Source of the DNA: Dehalococcoidia bacterium
Lineage (GTDB): Bacteria > Chloroflexota > Dehalococcoidia > Bin125
Reading direction: 5' to 3'
Assembly: GCA_963663235.2 (NCBI GenBank)
Contig: CAXXNO010000004.1
Span: forward strand, 672,001 to 736,000
DNA: 64,000 nucleotides
Below are positions 8,564 through 20,807 of this stretch, one piece after another. Positions within the stretch are counted from its first letter, which is position 1; each line of letters begins with the position of its first letter. Under the pieces are notes generated by a model, which saw only the letters and a list, made by a program, of their open reading frames with translations, was not told the origin of the DNA and did no database searches. A program made the translations under genes and the position numbers.

Positions 8564-9756
8564 CGGAGCGATACGACTGCGTCGTCCTCGGCGCTGGCCC
8601 GGCCGGGTCCACCGCCGCGCGTCATCTCGCCGCGACCGGCGCGCGCGTCCTCCTCACGGATCGCGCCTCCTTCCCGCGCGACAAGCCTTGCGGCGGCGGC
8701 GTCCTGCTGCTCGCCGCGGCGCTCCTCCCCTTCTCGCTCGATCCCGTGACCGAGCGCGTCGTCACCGGCTTTCGCATGACCTACCGGCACGGCCGGCCGT
8801 TCATGCATCGCTACGGCGAGCCGCTGGTCCTGATGACGCAGCGCTCTCGTTTGGACGCCTTTCTTGCCGAACAAGCCGTGGCGGCGGGCGCAACCTTCAC
8901 CGACGGCCGCGGCGCGACCGGGCTGGAAATCGCCGATGCCCATGTCGCGGTCCGGCTCGCCGGCGGCGATCTCGCCACCGCGCGGACCGTCGTCGCCGCC
9001 GACGGCGCTAACGGCGTCGCGCGTCGCGCGCTGGGGATGCCGCCGCTCCGCCGCGCCGTGGCCTTGGAGGCCAACACCGGCGCTGTGCCGGACCGCTGGC
9101 GGGACGTCCTGGGGCTCGATCTCGGCAGCATGCCCGGCGGCTACGGCTGGGTCTTCCCCAAGGGCGACCACTGCAACGTGGGCGTCGGCGGCTGGCCCGC
9201 GGCGGGCCCCGGGCTGCAACGCTCCCTCGCCGCTTATGCGGCCTCGGAAGGCTTCGATCCGGGCGCGCTGCGCGACCAGCGCGGCTATACCCTCCCGCTC
9301 AGCGATCCCGCCGCGCCCGTAGTCCGTGGCCCCGTGGCCTTCGTCGGCGACGCCGCCGGCCTGATCGATCCCCTCTCGGGGGAAGGGATCGGCAACGCGA
9401 TCCGCTCCGCGCAAATGGCGGCCGAGGCGGTCGCGCGCTTTCTCGCCGGAAAGGCGCCCGACCTCGCTGGGTATCAGGTGGCGCTGGAGCGGGAGATCGA
9501 GCCCGAGCTGGCGGTGGCGCGCCAGTTCCAGGCCCTCTTTCACCAGTTGCCCTGGCCCTACGTGCAGGTGCTGCGACGCTCCGGGCGTTTCTGGCGCTCC
9601 TTCTCCCGCATGGTCCGCGGCGAAACGACCTACGTTGGCTTCAAGGGGCGGCTCGGGCCTGCCGCGCTCCTCGTCGACGCCGCCGCCTGGCAGGCCCAGC
9701 GTTCCATGGCTGCTCGCAGCGGCTGGGCCGCGTCGGAGGCCAAGGCTTCGCGCTGA
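8560..9756 (+). CDS. Geranylgeranyl reductase family FAD-dependent oxidoreductase
   Basis: YDCVVLGAGPAGS, FPRDKPCGGG, GYGWVFPKG, VGDAAGLIDPLSGEGI; ATGA overlap with the plsY stop. Confidence 0.9.
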   Translation: MTERYDCVVLGAGPAGSTAARHLAATGARVLLTDRASFPRDKPCGGGVLLLAAALLPFSLDPVTERVVTGFRMTYRHGRPFMHRYGEPLVLMTQRSRLDAFLAEQAVAAGATFTDGRGATGLEIADAHVAVRLAGGDLATARTVVAADGANGVARRALGMPPLRRAVALEANTGAVPDRWRDVLGLDLGSMPGGYGWVFPKGDHCNVGVGGWPAAGPGLQRSLAAYAASEGFDPGALRDQRGYTLPLSDPAAPVVRGPVAFVGDAAGLIDPLSGEGIGNAIRSAQMAAEAVARFLAGKAPDLAGYQVALEREIEPELAVARQFQALFHQLPWPYVQVLRRSGRFWRSFSRMVRGETTYVGFKGRLGPAALLVDAAAWQAQRSMAARSGWAASEAKASR

Positions 9757-9838
9757 TCACGCACCGCGCGCTGCGAGGGCCCGGATGACGGGCTCGTGGC
9801 CGGGGCCCGGCTAGAGAGTCTGTATGGGAGGGGGAGCC

Positions 9839-10657
9839 ATGCGACTTGCGGAGCAGGTGGTAATCGTCACGGGCGCGGCCGGGTCGTTCGGGCGCGCCAT
9901 CGCTGATCGGTTCGCGGAGGAGGGCGCCGACCTGGCCCTCGCCGACGTCAACGAAGCGGGGCTGCAGGAGCCGGCGCGGCTCGTGCGGGAGCGCGGGCGC
10001 GATGCGCTGACGCTGCGCTGTGACGTCACCCAGCGCGCCGACGTCCAGCGCCTCGTCGACGAAACCGTCGCGCACTTCGGCCGGCTGACAACGATGGTCG
10101 CGAACGCGGGCGTGATTGACCTCGCGCCGTTCCTGGACCTGACGGACGAGGCCTGGAGCCGCGTGCAGGCGGTGAACCTTACCGGGGTCTTCCTCTGCGA
10201 CCAGATCGCCGCGCGCCAGATGGTGCGCCAGGGCGGCGGCGGCCGGATCGTCAACATCGCCAGCCAGATCGCCGAGATCGGGGCGCCGCTGACCGTCTCC
10301 TACGCTGCCAGCAAGGCGGGAGTCCGGAGCCTCACGAAGTCGACCGCGGCCGCGCTCGGGCCGCACGGCATCCGCGTCAACGCCATCGGCCCCGGGCCCT
10401 GCCCCACGGACCTGAACATGGAGCGCTACTCCCAGCCCGAGATCCGCGCCCACGTCGAGCGCCAGGTTGCCCTGGGGCATCTGGGCGAGCCCATCGACGT
10501 GGCCAACGTCGCCGTCTTCCTCGCCTCGGACGAGACCCGCTGGATGACCGGCGAGACCATCTTCGTGGACGGCGGCTTCCTCCTCAACGCCTACCGCGGC
10601 TCCCCGGAGTACGACGCCGCCATGCTGCGCGTGGTGGAGCGGCGGCCCGGCGGCTAA
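9839..10657 (+). CDS. Short-chain dehydrogenase/reductase
   Basis: VTGAAGSFG, ANAG, SYAASKAG, IRVNAIGPG, TGETIFVDGG. Confidence 0.92.
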   Translation: MRLAEQVVIVTGAAGSFGRAIADRFAEEGADLALADVNEAGLQEPARLVRERGRDALTLRCDVTQRADVQRLVDETVAHFGRLTTMVANAGVIDLAPFLDLTDEAWSRVQAVNLTGVFLCDQIAARQMVRQGGGGRIVNIASQIAEIGAPLTVSYAASKAGVRSLTKSTAAALGPHGIRVNAIGPGPCPTDLNMERYSQPEIRAHVERQVALGHLGEPIDVANVAVFLASDETRWMTGETIFVDGGFLLNAYRGSPEYDAAMLRVVERRPGG

Positions 10658-10696
10658 TCGCGGGAGCGAGGCTCGCTCCCCGCCGCCCTCTTCGGC

Positions 10697-10920
10697 TACG
10701 ATAAGAACTAGTCAAGAGACTCCGCGAATGGAGCGCGAGCGCGTGTCCACCACGCACCGAACTCGACAGGAGGCGGCGCCGCGACGGCGCGCAGTGATCG
10801 CAACTGCGCCCCCGCGCCTGGTAATTGCCTCCCCCGCCCGCTTCCTCGGGCGGTAGCTCCGTCCGGGAAGCCGCGCCGGCCCCGGCCACCACGCCGCCGG
10901 CGCGATTCACCTCCATTCCC
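10697..10920 (+). promoter_or_regulatory. Structured ilvB leader with putative leader peptide (uORF 10728-10856)
   Basis: -10-like TACGAT 10697; uORF MERERVSTTHRTRQEAAPRRRAVIATAPPRLVIASPARFLGR* with consecutive Leu-Val-Ile codons at 10818-10826; stop lies in hairpin GGGCGG-TAGCT-CCGTCC; outer stem GAATGGAG/CTCCATTC. Confidence 0.55.
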
Positions 10921-10970
10921 GATCGCAGTACAGTGACCGACGCTCACGCAGCGTCGCGGAGGCAGCCAGC

Positions 10971-12650
10971 ATGAAGCGCAACGGTGCACAAATCCTGCTC
11001 GAGTGTTTGAGCGCGGAGGGCGTCGACCTCGTCTTCGGCTACCCCGGCGGCGTGGTCTTGCCTCTCTATCATCGCTTTGCCGAGTTCCCGCAGATCAAGC
11101 ACGTCTTGGTCCGGCACGAACAGGGCGCCGCCCACGCCGCCGATGGCTACGCCCGCGCCAGCGGTCGCACCGGCGTCTGCCTGGCCACCTCCGGGCCCGG
11201 CGCAACCAATCTGGTCACCGGAATCTGCACCGCCTACATGGACTCCATCCCCATGGTCGCGATCACCGGCAACGTCGCCCGCGACCTCATCGGCCGCGAC
11301 GGTTTCCAAGAGGCCGACATCACCGGCATCACCTTGCCCATCACCAAGCACAACTACCTCGTCATGCGAGCCGAGGAGATCGCAACGGCGGTCAAGGAGG
11401 CGTTCCACATCGCCTCCACGGGCCGCAAGGGACCGGTCCTGGTCGACATCCCCAAGGACGTCTTCATTGAAGAAGCGGAGTTCACAGGCTACCCGGAGCA
11501 GGTGCACTTGCGCGGCTATCCCCTGGCGGACCGCCCCGCGGACCTCGAAGTGGAACGCGCTGCCGCTCTCATCAATGAGGCGCAGCAGCCGCTGATCCTC
11601 TCCGGCCACGGCGTCATCCAGTCCGGCGCAAGCGCCGAACTGCTCGATCTGGCGGAGCGGGCCGAGGTCCCTGTGGTGACTACCCTGCTCGGCCTCTCCG
11701 GCTTCCCCGAGGATCACCGCCTCGCCTACGGCATGATGGGCATGCACGGCAACTACTACTGCAACATGGCCGCCAGCGCCGCCGATGTGGTGCTCGGCAT
11801 CGGCATGCGCTTCGATGACCGCGCCATGGGCCGCTTCAAGGACTTCAACCCCGGCGCGAAGATCGTCCACTTCGACATCGACCCCGCCGAGATCGGCAAG
11901 AACTTCGTCACCCACGCGCCCGTCCTCGGCGATGTGCGCGCTTCGCTGCAGGCGCTCCTGCCCCTGATCCAGCCTGCCTCCCACACCGATTGGCTCCGCC
12001 ACATCGACGACCTCAAGGCCAAGCACCCCACGGACTACGCGGGCGAGGGGCCCGAGTTGAGCGGCCCTTGGCTCTGCCGCGCCATCGCCGAGGAGACGCA
12101 GAGCCAAGCGACCATCGTCACCGGCGTGGGACAGCACCAGATGTGGATGGCCCAGTACTACCGCTACAACCGTCCCCGCCAGTTCGTGACTAGTGGCGGC
12201 CTTGGCACGATGGGTTTCGAGGTCCCCGCTGCCATCGGCGCCCAGTTCGCCCAGTCCGATCCGGTGTGGGCCATCTGCGGCGACGGCGGCTTCCAGATGA
12301 CCGCGCAAGAGTTGCAGACGGTCGCGGAGCACAAGCTCCCCATCCGCTACGCGATCTTTAACAACCGCTACCTGGGCATGGTGCGCCAGTGGCAGGAGCT
12401 CTTCTATGAGAACAACCTGCACTCCGTGGCCTTGGGCCAGCCGGACTTCGTCAAGCTGGCCGAGGCCTACGGGATCACCGGGCTGCGCGCCACCACCCGC
12501 GCCGAGGCGACTGAGGCCGTTCGCACCGCGGCCCGGCACCCCGGCCCCATCGTGATCGACTTCCGCATCGTCGAGGAGGAGAACGTCTGGCCCATGGTCC
12601 CCGCCGGCGCGGCGCTCTCCGAGACCATCGAGTCGGCGGAGGAGCTCTGA
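10971..12650 (+). CDS. ilvB: Acetolactate synthase large subunit
   Basis: FGYPGG, RHEQGA, TSGPGATN, GVGQHQMW, SGGLGTMGF, GDGGFQMT, NNRYLGMVRQWQ. Confidence 0.97.
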   Translation: MKRNGAQILLECLSAEGVDLVFGYPGGVVLPLYHRFAEFPQIKHVLVRHEQGAAHAADGYARASGRTGVCLATSGPGATNLVTGICTAYMDSIPMVAITGNVARDLIGRDGFQEADITGITLPITKHNYLVMRAEEIATAVKEAFHIASTGRKGPVLVDIPKDVFIEEAEFTGYPEQVHLRGYPLADRPADLEVERAAALINEAQQPLILSGHGVIQSGASAELLDLAERAEVPVVTTLLGLSGFPEDHRLAYGMMGMHGNYYCNMAASAADVVLGIGMRFDDRAMGRFKDFNPGAKIVHFDIDPAEIGKNFVTHAPVLGDVRASLQALLPLIQPASHTDWLRHIDDLKAKHPTDYAGEGPELSGPWLCRAIAEETQSQATIVTGVGQHQMWMAQYYRYNRPRQFVTSGGLGTMGFEVPAAIGAQFAQSDPVWAICGDGGFQMTAQELQTVAEHKLPIRYAIFNNRYLGMVRQWQELFYENNLHSVALGQPDFVKLAEAYGITGLRATTRAEATEAVRTAARHPGPIVIDFRIVEEENVWPMVPAGAALSETIESAEEL

Positions 12651-13249
12651 TGGCTGCCGCGAACTCCGTCCTCAACACGGTGGTGGCCTACGTCGAAGAC
12701 CGGCCGGGCGTGCTGGCCCGCGTGGCCTCACTCTTCCGCCGGCGCGGCTTCAACATCGAGAGCCTCACCGTCGGCCACTCCGACGAGCCCGGCGTCAGCC
12801 GCATGACGATCGTGGTCGATGGGCAGAACACCCAGGTCCACCAGGTCCAGCATCAACTCTTCAAGCTGATCGATGTCGTCTCCGCCGTTGACATCACGGA
12901 CCAGCCGATGGTGGCGCGCGAGCTGGCGCTGATCAAAGTGGCCTGCTCTCCGCAGGGCCGCCGCGAGATCATGGATCTCGCCACCGTCTTCCGCGCCGAC
13001 GTGGTCGATGTCGCCGAGGCCAGCCTCATCGTCCAGGTGCTGGGCGATGAAGACAAGGTCGATGCCCTCCTCGGGCTGCTGCGTCCCCACGGCGTCCTGG
13101 AGATGGTGCGCACCGGCCGCGTGGCCTTGGTCCGCGGCAGCGCCACCAGCAAGCCCGCGCCCGTCAGCGAGTCGGAGCGGCGGGCGGAGGCGGAGCGCGC
13201 CCAGCGCGGCCGCCGGCCCCAGGGCTCACTCCCCTTCGCCAGCGACTAG
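12650..13249 (+). CDS. ilvN: Acetolactate synthase small (regulatory) subunit
   Basis: [42 protein letters not shown]. Confidence 0.96.
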   Translation: MAAANSVLNTVVAYVEDRPGVLARVASLFRRRGFNIESLTVGHSDEPGVSRMTIVVDGQNTQVHQVQHQLFKLIDVVSAVDITDQPMVARELALIKVACSPQGRREIMDLATVFRADVVDVAEASLIVQVLGDEDKVDALLGLLRPHGVLEMVRTGRVALVRGSATSKPAPVSESERRAEAERAQRGRRPQGSLPFASD

Positions 13250-13304
13250 ACGGCGGCCCGCGACCCCCCTAGCCTCGGCGCCGCAGCCACCAAGGAGCAA
13301 CGAC

Positions 13305-14306
<1,002 letters not shown>

Positions 14307-14399
14307 GCGCGGCTGGCGCTCCGCTTCGGAGCCTCACTCCACGATGCCTCCCGCGCCTGGGCCTGCCCGCGCGGAGGCGCACGACAAGGAGAGAGTCGA

Positions 14400-14816
14400 A
14401 TGGAACAATCCCCTCGCCGCCCACAGCTCGCTCGGGCATTCGCCTGGCTAATCGCCCTCACCCCGCTCCTCGTCATCCTGCAGGCGTTCCTCTTTGGCGG
14501 TTTCTACGACAAGTTCAACGGCGATCTGATCGATGCGCACCAGGCGGTCGGTTTTATTTCGATGATCTTGGTGGTCGTGCTGGCATTCCTGGCATACTTC
14601 GCCCGCTTCCCCAGGGAATCGCGCATCTTCCATCTCGCAATCGCGCTCGCGCTGCTCTGGATCGTCCAGTGGATGCTGGGCAGCCTCGCCTCGAATGAGG
14701 CTCGCTGGGTGGTCGTCCTGCACGTCCCCACCGGCCTGATCGTGTTCGGCCTCGCCGCGCTGCTCGTCGGCAGGACCCACCGGACCCTGGCCGCGGGCCG
14801 GCGCGCGGCGCCCTAG
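14400..14816 (+). CDS. Four-TM membrane protein with two His (cytochrome b-like/DUF6220-like)
   Basis: Four hydrophobic helices; DAHQAVG and VLHVPTG; AAGGAG RBS. Confidence 0.7.
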   Translation: MEQSPRRPQLARAFAWLIALTPLLVILQAFLFGGFYDKFNGDLIDAHQAVGFISMILVVVLAFLAYFARFPRESRIFHLAIALALLWIVQWMLGSLASNEARWVVVLHVPTGLIVFGLAALLVGRTHRTLAAGRRAAP

Positions 14817-14935
14817 CCTCCGGGCCCACCCCAGCGACGACGGGGGCGAGGAGTTGCGCGGGACGATGGCCCGGTTACACCAGAAGGCGGACGAGGCTGC
14901 GCCGCCCCCCGTAGGCAAGGGGCCCCCGTTTGCGT

Positions 14936-15066
14936 CATAATGAGCGCATGATGGTGAACTCGTCAGAGGGAGGAACATACCTGCGGGCTGCCTCGGCCCG
15001 TGGCGTCCTTGGACGGTAATCCTGCACCAACCGTCCGGGCGGGGCGTCCCTGTTCACCAGTCATGC
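14936..15066 (+). promoter_or_regulatory. leuA leader: -10 box, probable leaderless uORF (14948-15019) and multi-stem RNA
   Basis: CATAAT 14936-14941 followed by a 6-nt spacer and ATG; MMVNSSEGGTYLRAASARGVLGR*; stems GCATGATGGTGAAC/GTTCACCAGTCATGC, CGGGC/GCCCG, GGACGGT/ACCGTCC. Confidence 0.55.
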
Positions 15067-15097
15067 CCCCTTTCCGACCCAAGGAGCGCACGTCACG

Positions 15098-16666
<1,569 letters not shown>

Positions 16667-16674
16667 ATCAATCC

Positions 16675-16812
16675 GTTCGTCCTGAACCTGCCGAAGGGTC
16701 AGGACGAACAGCCCCCGTCCCCTCTCCATCGCTTGCGATGGAGAGGGGACGGGGGTGAGGTCCTCCCGCCTCCGCGTTACATGATCGAAGGGGGACGCAT
16801 CGCGTCCCCCTT
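16675..16812. repeat. Cluster of REP-like palindromes plus a terminator-like hairpin
   Basis: GTTCGTCCTGA/TCAGGACGAAC (16675-16709); 21-bp perfect stem CCCCCGTCCCCTCTCCATCGC/GCGATGGAGAGGGGACGGGGG (16712-16755); AAGGGGGACGC/GCGTCCCCCTT (16788-16812). Confidence 0.75.
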
Positions 16813-16930
16813 CTGCTCTCTCGGACGCTTCTGGTGAGCGGAGGAACTCGTGGTGGCCCGTTCGACGTTCGCAGCGAGTATCCTGCTCCAACGACGGCAT
16901 CATGTCCGCCGTTGGAGATTTGGTGATCAC

Positions 16931-17993
16931 ATGCCGAGAAAGCAACGAGAGATTGCAGCGAACATCGGTCTCGATAAGCTATATCTGGACCAATTGAACC
17001 CGCGGCTTCCTGCCGGAATGCAGACCAAGAAGGAGGATGAACTCCTCCGATACATCGCGGACCGCTACAACACGATCGATGTGGCGACTTCGATCGCACG
17101 CCACGGCTACTTCATTTCAGAACCGATGATCGTCATCAAGCGGAAACAGGCGAATGGATACACGGTCGTCGAAGGAAACCGGAGGCTCGTAGCACTGAGA
17201 ATCTTGAGCGACCCAACCCTCGCTGAGGGCCTTGAAGATCAGGAGGAATGGGTGGCGCTTGCTTCACAGGCTCAGACACCCGAGGTTCTGCCTGTCGTGA
17301 AAGCAATAGACCGAAACCGCGTGGCTGCGGTTATCGGATTTAGGCATATTTCCGAGATCGAAGAATGGGAGCCGTACGCCAAGGCTCGCTTCATTGCGAC
17401 GCTGATTGACATTCAAGAAATGTCATTCGAAGGTGTCGCGGATCTAATCGGAGAGACCGTGGCCGACATCCGATCCCAGTACCGGAACTGTGGAATTATT
17501 GAACAAGCGCAGGAGTTCGGCATTGCCACCCAATTTGCTGAAGCAGCCTTCGGCGTTTTCACGCGTGCAATGACATCTACTGGTATTAGGGGACACATCG
17601 GAGCATCAGCACCGGCTCGAGTGGAATTACGGAACTGGCCTTTAGCCGACGACAAAAAAAGAAGAGCTAAAGGAAGTCTTCTCATACCTGTTCGGTGACG
17701 GCGAGCACGACAAGGTAATCGACGAATCACGGGACATCACGACACTTGGCAAGGTGCTAGCGGATACGGACGGGCTGCGAGAGTTACGTGCATCCCGGAA
17801 CTTGCAGGCGGCTGAGGAGGCGACTGGGGGCAGCCGTACGCGTCTTCGGTCAAAGCTCGTAACGGCTCGGAACTCTCTTACAGATGCGAGCCGCGATATT
17901 GCTGAATATGTTGGTGAAGACGAAGTGGTTGAGCTTCTTCAAGAGTGCAAGGATGCGCTTGATCTCTTAATCGAGTTAAATGCCGCCGCGTAG
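16931..17993 (+). pseudogene. ParB/Srx-like N-terminal domain protein, frameshifted at an A7 run (~17654-17660)
   Basis: LYLDQLNPRL and YTVVEGNRRLVAL motifs; removing one A gives DDKKEELKEVFSYLFGDGEHDKVIDESRDI continuing into ORF 17754-17993; visibly lower GC. Confidence 0.8.
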
Positions 17994-18195
17994 GTTCAAT
18001 ACGCCTCCAATCCATCTCGATCAGGCGGGCCTCACCGACTGGGTTGAAGGGGCACTGCTCGTCGAGGGCAGGGACCGGTTCAGCAGGGCTCGCTTGAAGA
18101 AATCACTGCAGCGATTCACAGGAAGCGGTGGCGAAGACCTTGAGATCAGGAGCGACCTTATAGACGAACACAAGACCGCCGCGGCCAGACGATAG
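17980..18195 (+). pseudogene. Probably truncated partner gene of the ParB-like protein
   Basis: Overlaps the previous stop; LTDWVEGALL N-terminus; ends abruptly at the junction with the oxidoreductase. Confidence 0.45.
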
Positions 18196-18204
18196 GGGGA
18201 TGGG

Positions 18205-20184
18205 ATGGTCCGCTACGCAGCCTTGTTTTCGCCCTTGTCCGTCGGCGGGATGGAACTGCGGAACCGCCTCGTGATGACGGGACATGTAACGGGCATGGCC
18301 TCGGACCATATGCCGGGCGAGCAGTTGCGCGCGTACTACCGCGAACGTGCCCGAGGCGGCGTGGCAATGATCATTTCCGAAGCATCGAGTGTGCACCCCA
18401 CTGCCGCGCACATGAACCAGACGATCTTTCTCTACGACCCGCGAATCGTCGATTCTTACAAGGTCTTGACGAAGGAACTCCACGAGCTCGGCTGCCGCTT
18501 CATTGCACAGCTTTGGCACTGCGGCACCAACACGGACGGCATGAAGACGGAAATGCCCGTATGGGGTCCATCGCCGCTGGCGGGAGTGCTGAACCACGAA
18601 CTCGCGCACGAGATGTCCCGAGCGGAGATCGAGGAGATGGTCGATGCGTATGCGAGAGCCGCCGCGTACGCGCGCGAGGGTGGCGCAGACGGCGTTGAGC
18701 TGCACATGGCGCATGGCTATCTGCTGCAGCAGTTCATGTCGCCGTTCACAAACAAGCGAACAGACGAATACGGGGGCGACCTTGAAGGCCGGATACGCTT
18801 TCCCCTGGCGGTCCTTGCCGCTGTGCGGGAGGCGGTGGGGCAGGAGTTGATCGTGGGCGCGCGATTGAGCGGCGAAGAGGGTGTCCCAGGCGGCCTCGAC
18901 CTGCTCCAGAATCTCAAGATCGCAAAGATGTTGGCTGCGACGAAGGCGGTCTCCTACTTCAGTATCAGCTTCGGGAACTATCACAACATGGAGATTCAAA
19001 CCGCCCCGATGGGGATGCCGGCTGGGCACCTGACGCACCTGGCCGGCGCTGTACGCGCGCAGGTGGACGTACCCATCCTCGCGGTGGGCCGCATCCTGAC
19101 GCCCGACGTGGCGGAGGCGGTGCTCAGCTCCGGACAGGCGGATCTGATTGGCATGGCTCGTGAGTGGATCGCCGACCCGCAGTTCGGGACGAAGGCAGAG
19201 AGCGCCCCGGCAACAATCCGTCAGTGCATCGGGTGCAACTACTGCCAGTCGCGGGTTGGGTTTGGGAAGCACGTGACGTGCATTTACAACGCGGCCGCGG
19301 GACGGGAGCGCGAACTGGGAGCGGAGACGCTGACACCGGTGGCCCAGCCAAAGCGGATTCTCGTGATCGGAGGTGGGCCGGCGGGCCTGGAGGCGGCGCG
19401 CGTGGCGGCGCTGCGCGGACACGAGGTGACGCTCTACGAGCGCGCGCCAGAGCTGGGCGGGCAGATCCGCCTTGCCGCACGCGTGAAAAGCCGCGAGGAG
19501 ATCGCGAACGTCGTCCGCTTTCTGTCGAACGAACTGCGCCGGCTGGAAGTCGATGTGCAGCTTGAAACTGACGTCACACAGGAGCTGATCGATGAATGTC
19601 AGCCGGATGCCGTGATCCTCGCGACGGGCTCGCGGGCACGCGCCGTTGGGATGAATGCGCTGCGATCGGACGTGCCTGGGATTCCTGGTATTGAGACGTG
19701 TGATGCGGTCACGCCACGGGACGTGCTGGACGAGAGCCGAGACGTGGGCCAGAACGTGCTGGTCGTCGATTTTGAAGGGCATGTTCAGGGCATGGCGACC
19801 GCCGAACATCTGCTTGATCAGGGGAAGCAGGTCGAGATTGTGACGGCAGCACCGTTCCTGGGCATGGCGATCGGAGGGACATCATGGATCAAGCTGATGC
19901 AGGACGTCTCGGGCAAAGGGGTCAAGATTACAACCGACACGATGGTTGACGGGGTCGAAGGGCGCACCGTGAAGCTGGTGCACGTATACGGTGGTGGGAC
20001 TGAAACGCGGGAAGGCATCGACACAATCGTTGTCGTGGGCGATGCGGTTTCGGAAGACCACCTCGGGCGCGAGCTCGAAGTCGCAGAGGCTGGCTACCGC
20101 GTGATCTCCGTGGGCGATTGTGTCGCGCCCAGGCACCTCGACATGGCAGTGCTGGAAGGGCATCGAGCCGGGCGGGCCGTGTGA
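18205..20184 (+). CDS. NADH:flavin oxidoreductase (OYE/FadH-like, FMN + 4Fe-4S + FAD)
   Basis: LRNRLVMTGH, DGVELHMAHGYLLQQFMSPFTNKRTDEYGG, CIGCNYC..C cluster, VIGGGPAGLEAA, GDCVAPR. Confidence 0.93.
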   Translation: MVRYAALFSPLSVGGMELRNRLVMTGHVTGMASDHMPGEQLRAYYRERARGGVAMIISEASSVHPTAAHMNQTIFLYDPRIVDSYKVLTKELHELGCRFIAQLWHCGTNTDGMKTEMPVWGPSPLAGVLNHELAHEMSRAEIEEMVDAYARAAAYAREGGADGVELHMAHGYLLQQFMSPFTNKRTDEYGGDLEGRIRFPLAVLAAVREAVGQELIVGARLSGEEGVPGGLDLLQNLKIAKMLAATKAVSYFSISFGNYHNMEIQTAPMGMPAGHLTHLAGAVRAQVDVPILAVGRILTPDVAEAVLSSGQADLIGMAREWIADPQFGTKAESAPATIRQCIGCNYCQSRVGFGKHVTCIYNAAAGRERELGAETLTPVAQPKRILVIGGGPAGLEAARVAALRGHEVTLYERAPELGGQIRLAARVKSREEIANVVRFLSNELRRLEVDVQLETDVTQELIDECQPDAVILATGSRARAVGMNALRSDVPGIPGIETCDAVTPRDVLDESRDVGQNVLVVDFEGHVQGMATAEHLLDQGKQVEIVTAAPFLGMAIGGTSWIKLMQDVSGKGVKITTDTMVDGVEGRTVKLVHVYGGGTETREGIDTIVVVGDAVSEDHLGRELEVAEAGYRVISVGDCVAPRHLDMAVLEGHRAGRAV

Positions 20185-20233
20185 GTACTTGTAGCGGGTA
20201 ACCGACTACAAGATGGACAAGGAATGAAGGCCG

Positions 20234-20380
20234 TGACCTGCCGCCCAAAACTGATCCATCCGGAATGAGCGGATTCTGGGGATCGGGAAGGGAGCCGGCA
20301 TGGCACGCAAGCGGTACATCGCCGAAGAGATCATCGGCAAGCGCCGCGAAGCGGAGGTCGCGCTGGGCATGACGATCGCG
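20234..20380 (+). mobile_element. IS3-family left end with truncated orfA
   Basis: TG-starting IR-like TGACCTGCCGCCCAAAACTGATCCA; MARKRYIAEEIIGKRREAEVAL is a typical IS3 orfA start. Confidence 0.75.
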
Positions 20381-20424
20381 TGCGACGACCGACCGGGATC
20401 ATCTGGAGCCGACCGAGAGCAATA

Positions 20425-20556
20425 CTACGGCCGGGACGTTCCCACCGTTCCCTTGCCCTTCGCAGCCTTCTTGTCCTGCTTGGCCTGCCGCTTCTCCTTC
20501 AGAGTCCGGGACGCGGCCTGCTTCGTGTTCCTGCCGCCCTTGTCCTTCGTTGGCAT
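20425..20556 (-). CDS. 43-aa lysine-rich small protein
   Basis: GAGGAG RBS; MPTKDKGGRNTKQAASRTLKEKRQAKQDKKAAKGKGTVGTSRP*; below the ORF track cutoff. Confidence 0.65.
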   Translation of the reverse strand: MPTKDKGGRNTKQAASRTLKEKRQAKQDKKAAKGKGTVGTSRP

Positions 20557-20807
20557 CAGTGGCTCCTCGCTGACCGTCTTCGTGGCGCCATGGCACCCCT
20601 ACAGGGTAGCGGACCCGTTCCAGCTCCCGGTGCCGGCCAGACCGCGGCTCACCTGTGGGGCGCCAAAACTTCATCTGCTCTGATTTTGGGCGCCGATTGG
20701 GCCGTGCGAGGGCAAACTCCTATTCCGATCTGATAAGTGCGGTGTCACTTTCATCGTCGGCCACGGCGCTGGAGATCGAGGTCTAGCCCAGCGGAGGCGC
20801 CCGGGCC

